Shown here piece after piece: positions 60,998-64,000 of a stretch of DNA of 64,000 nucleotides. The notes beneath the pieces are model-generated. The model was given only the letters and a program-made list of their open reading frames with translations. It searched no databases and was not told where the DNA came from. Every line of letters begins with the position of its first letter. The stretch's first letter is position 1. The translations under genes and the position numbers were made by a program. Origin of the DNA: a virus (Duplodnaviria > Heunggongvirae > Uroviricota > Caudoviricetes); the IMG/VR virus record IMGVR_UViG_3300035520_000484, positions 34,993 through 98,992 of that record. One strand, given 5' to 3'.

Positions 60998-61143
60998 TTC
61001 TTAAGTTTTTTAGATTTGTCTAAATATCGTTTAACTTCTGTATTTAGATTTTTTCCACAATTTTCGCAATACCAATTACCTTTTCGGAACTCTGCTTCCA
61101 TATAATCATTACATTCAGGACAGCGTACAAAAATCCTTTCCAT
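60994..61143 (-). CDS. Zinc-ribbon protein (49 aa; absent from ORF track)
   Basis: MERIFVRCPECND...WYCENCGK...-TGA. Confidence 0.75.
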   Translation of the reverse strand: MERIFVRCPECNDYMEAEFRKGNWYCENCGKNLNTEVKRYLDKSKKLKK

Positions 61144-61145
61144 AC

Positions 61146-61676
61146 TTAATACCAAAGATTAAAGAAATATTTTCTAAAAGTATCCAAACCTTCATCTATT
61201 TTTAATTTGGAATCTACTTCAAAAACATCATCATCAACAATTAATTGAAAAGCAGTAATTATTTTATCCAATTCATTATACCATTCTTCTATTGAAGAAA
61301 ATTCAAAAGGAATTCCAATTGTAATTTCCTTAAATCTCTTCAATCGAGGTAATAGAAATTTAGCAATCGTTGCATCAAAATTCCATAATTCAGTATCATC
61401 AAATCCTCTTTGATGGCGTTGTTCTTTATATTCTTCCCATCTTTTGTCTTTAGGTTCAGATTGAGAAAAATTTACATTAGGTATTTTGTATGGATCCATA
61501 TCTTTTTGATTAGCTAAAAGAAGATGTTCATACATATCATAATAAAGAAAGGATTCTACTAAATAGCTACCGTCAGACAAAGAAATAATTTCCTCAGTGT
61601 CTGCTTCATTCCATAAATCTTCATTTGCTTTACAAGATACCTTTAAATTATCATTATCAACCTTTATATAATTCAT
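61146..61676 (-). CDS. Hypothetical protein (176 aa)
   Basis: Intact ORF; RGFDDTELWNFD...LPRLKRF...FRKYFFNLWY. Confidence 0.75.
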   Translation of the reverse strand: MNYIKVDNDNLKVSCKANEDLWNEADTEEIISLSDGSYLVESFLYYDMYEHLLLANQKDMDPYKIPNVNFSQSEPKDKRWEEYKEQRHQRGFDDTELWNFDATIAKFLLPRLKRFKEITIGIPFEFSSIEEWYNELDKIITAFQLIVDDDVFEVDSKLKIDEGLDTFRKYFFNLWY

Positions 61677-62268
61677 TTTGTTTAAATTGTTTTTCTAATT
61701 CAACAGCAAGTTTTCTAATATCAGGATGTGCATTTTCAGCTGTTCTTAACTTAAAGAAGGCTTTCCAATCACTTACAAACCCTGTGTATACCACCTCAGT
61801 AGCAGTACATAGAGGAAGAATTTCCCTAGCTTCTTGAGATTTACAAAAATGGTCTTTAGTTAGATACATGTAAGTATCCTCACATACTAATAAATTATCA
61901 AACCAAGCAGATTCTGTATAATAATCTAATTTCCACATAGGGGGAAATTCATGGTTAGCTTTATACTCCCCCTCTTTTATTTCTTTTATCCAATGAGGAA
62001 TACAGAAAGTAAGCTGATTTTCAAATTTATCCTTAGAATAATTACAATACCTTGTACTTTGTTCAGATATACTGAGACTTCTATGTCTATTCCACTCTCT
62101 AGATACTGAAATGGGACATATAACTTTTACAGTAACTCTCTTTTTATGATATTCTGTAGGCTCGCATAGATATTGTAAATCATCTAGCCATCCATTTTCT
62201 ATAATATGTCTGTAGTTTAAAGTGATATAGGCATATTTATCATCAGTGTTTACTTTAATTCCTACCAT
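61657..62268 (-). CDS. thyX: FAD-dependent thymidylate synthase ThyX, C-terminal fragment (203 aa)
   Basis: Signature RHRSLSISEQSTRYCNY, EAREILP, FFKLRT..AHPDIRKLA; own ATG inside the last codons of the HNH gene. Confidence 0.88.
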   Translation of the reverse strand: MVGIKVNTDDKYAYITLNYRHIIENGWLDDLQYLCEPTEYHKKRVTVKVICPISVSREWNRHRSLSISEQSTRYCNYSKDKFENQLTFCIPHWIKEIKEGEYKANHEFPPMWKLDYYTESAWFDNLLVCEDTYMYLTKDHFCKSQEAREILPLCTATEVVYTGFVSDWKAFFKLRTAENAHPDIRKLAVELEKQFKQNELYKG

Positions 62269-62902
62269 TATAATAATTTATTAATTGTTCAACATTCCAT
62301 TTACAATTAGATAATCTATATCTAACTATGTTATAAGGAATATTTAAATGTTTAGCAAGTGTTGATAGGGTATAAGTGTTTCCATCATATTCTATATAAT
62401 GATTTTTAGTTGTATTGTTCATTTGAACTTCTACAGTAGTCCATCTACAATTTTCTGGACAATAATTTCCATTTATATCTACTCTATCAATAGTAAGTTC
62501 TTTAGACCATCCATTATTTATAGACCAGTCATAAAAACTTTGAAAATTATTTGACCAATCTTCACATACACAAATACCTCTTCCTCCATAATTTTCATAT
62601 TCAGAAGCGTTAGGATTATTACATCTTTTCTTCATATTTTTCCAAGTACAATAAAGAGGATGTTTTTCTGCTAAACTATGTTTAGTTTGTGCTTCAGAAA
62701 CTCTTCTCTTCTGTTCACATCCACAAGATGTACTATGACCATTTCTAAGACATGCTAATTGAACTTCTCCTATATTTCCACACTCGCATTTACATCTAAA
62801 CATTCTTCTAGGTTTGTTACTAATAATTTTTGGAGCTATTTCTTCAATAATAGTCCATTTGCCAAATTTTTCACCTTGTTTAATTTCTAATTTTTTAGCC
62901 AT
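62255..62902 (-). CDS. Free-standing HNH-family homing endonuclease (215 aa) inserted in thyX
   Basis: GEKFGKWT...CKCECG...SCGC; WKNMKKRC...YGGRGICVCEDW...TIDRVDINGNYCPENCRW; no in-frame TAG. Confidence 0.85.
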   Translation of the reverse strand: MAKKLEIKQGEKFGKWTIIEEIAPKIISNKPRRMFRCKCECGNIGEVQLACLRNGHSTSCGCEQKRRVSEAQTKHSLAEKHPLYCTWKNMKKRCNNPNASEYENYGGRGICVCEDWSNNFQSFYDWSINNGWSKELTIDRVDINGNYCPENCRWTTVEVQMNNTTKNHYIEYDGNTYTLSTLAKHLNIPYNIVRYRLSNCKWNVEQLINYYNGRN

Positions 62903-62924
62903 AATTTTAAGATTTAATTATATG

Positions 62925-62955
62925 CAAATGTACTACAAATTTCAGATTCTCCAAA
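62925..62955 (-). promoter_or_regulatory. Bacteroidota-type promoter inside the thyX insertion, driving HNH and thyX-C
   Basis: On the minus strand: TTTG (62955-62952), 19-nt spacer, TACATTTG (62932-62925), 22 nt before the HNH ATG. Confidence 0.7.
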
Positions 62956-62972
62956 TTATTACTACAAATTAT

Positions 62973-63251
62973 TTATTTTTGAGGAAAATATTTATTTTTA
63001 TAATTTTTCTCGTATTCTTTAATAGGAATCTTAAGATATACAGTACCATGCTCTGCAACTGACTGATGTTTATAGACATTAACTATCTTATCTACAAAGT
63101 CTTTAGCTGTTAGAGAATTACCTTCTTCATCATACTTAATGCAACTCTCGCTTTTGTAGCATACTCTTGCTGCAAGCTCTATATTTTCAAGGATACCCTG
63201 AAGTCCTGGCTTCTGGGGAATAATTTCTACTGAGGAGTTAATTAGCTTCAT
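62973..63251 (-). CDS. thyX: ThyX N-terminal fragment (92 aa)
   Basis: IELAARVCYKS...HQSVAEHGTVYL matches the ThyX N-terminus (R.CY.S; H.S..EH); ends KYFPQK-TAA. Confidence 0.85.
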   Translation of the reverse strand: MKLINSSVEIIPQKPGLQGILENIELAARVCYKSESCIKYDEEGNSLTAKDFVDKIVNVYKHQSVAEHGTVYLKIPIKEYEKNYKNKYFPQK

Positions 63252-63254
63252 AAT

Positions 63255-63518
63255 TTATTCTTCTTTAGACCATATTTTAAATACATCAATTCTAGTACAA
63301 GCTTGATGATCATTTTCATATAAAGGAATTTCACCAATTACTTTTTGTTTCTTATTATTTAAAAGTAATCGGGAGACAGAAGTATCTCCCGATTTTACTA
63401 AATAAACTAAATAAGGATCATTATTTTCTAAATGATTAGCCCATTCAGTTAATTCTTTATCTATATAAAAAGTATATCCTTCATCATTAGTATATACTTC
63501 TTTAAAACGTTCTTTCAT
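63255..63518 (-). CDS. Hypothetical protein (87 aa)
   Basis: Intact ORF, TAATG-coupled. Confidence 0.7.
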   Translation of the reverse strand: MKERFKEVYTNDEGYTFYIDKELTEWANHLENNDPYLVYLVKSGDTSVSRLLLNNKKQKVIGEIPLYENDHQACTRIDVFKIWSKEE

Positions 63519-63925
63519 TAATCAATATTACAACAAATACTGGAAAATCCTGTGCATTGTAATTCAGAATCTCTTACAATATCCCAAATTACACTACTTT
63601 TAATTAAATCAGTTTCTAGCTCTGAAACATATTCTTTCATTGATAGAACTTCGTTAATTACTTCAATATTACCATCTGCATGTTTTTCAAATTCATTAAG
63701 TCTTGTAGTAGCTTTAGATAGTTCTTCTTTTATATCACACATTACTTGGTCTACATCAGAAGAATGTAATTCCATAACTTTAGGAATAGTATCATCTCCT
63801 ATAAAAGGAATATTTAAACTATCATTAAAATAAGAATATAATGTATTTGATCTAGATATAGAAAATATTAGAACTCTTTCTTGTGTGGACTTTAAAATTC
63901 CATAAATATTTAAATAACTACTCAT
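63518..63925 (-). CDS. Hypothetical protein (135 aa)
   Basis: Intact ORF. Confidence 0.75.
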   Translation of the reverse strand: MSSYLNIYGILKSTQERVLIFSISRSNTLYSYFNDSLNIPFIGDDTIPKVMELHSSDVDQVMCDIKEELSKATTRLNEFEKHADGNIEVINEVLSMKEYVSELETDLIKSSVIWDIVRDSELQCTGFSSICCNID

Positions 63926-63927
63926 AA

Positions 63928-64000
63928 TTAAAATAAAGTTAGTTGACCTCCTTGAGTTACAGCATTTATAATTTTCATAGATTCATCTATATAAAATTTA
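63928..64000 (-). CDS. C-terminal end of an upstream gene, possibly DNA polymerase (partial)
   Basis: KFYIDESMKIINAVTQGGQLTLF-TAA; only 23 residues visible. Confidence 0.45.
   Translation of the reverse strand, partial: KFYIDESMKIINAVTQGGQLTLF

Noticed and set aside
62255-62975. Group I intron or intein explanation for the thyX interruption
   Set aside because: No P1/P7 core elements found, only 70 nt of non-coding space occupied by a promoter, ThyX-N has its own TAA, and the HNH is in a separate frame with its own start and stop, with no intein terminal residues. Not excluded experimentally.
61625-63833. Plus-strand track ORFs 61625, 62814 and 63552
   Set aside because: Antisense to motif-bearing minus-strand genes.

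Overview
This window is a 64-kb piece of an AT-rich Crassvirales (crAss-like, probably Delta/Suoliviridae-type) gut phage genome with Bacteroidota-type promoters. The fragmented ORF track is misleading. On the + strand (1-58492) TAG is a sense codon, most likely Gln (code 15). Re-read that way, the fragments join into long genes that abut each other (TAATG/ATGA junctions) and end only in TAA or TGA. In order, these are: the end of an LRR tail-fibre-like gene, a five-gene module, an M15 peptidase (endolysin), a scaffold-like protein, the major capsid protein (MCP), ring/auxiliary/tail proteins, cargo proteins and four giant virion proteins. The MCP gene is split into 4 exons by three group I introns whose splice sites can be placed to the nucleotide; intron 3 carries a GIY-YIG homing endonuclease. 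The four giant proteins carry, respectively, an SF1 helicase domain, a single-chain RNA polymerase (DFDID motif), an HExxH zincin and a PD-(D/E)XK nuclease. The - strand arm (58585-64000) holds small genes with no in-frame TAG and no TAG stops. Its most striking feature is a thyX gene cut in two by a free-standing HNH endonuclease with its own promoter and no recognisable intron. Other candidate novelties are Cys residues at every internal junction of the four giant proteins and a recurring K-[FYH]-x-x-GG motif in cargo proteins. No tRNA, CRISPR array, portal or terminase gene was recognised. Family assignments come from motif recognition by eye, not database searches.
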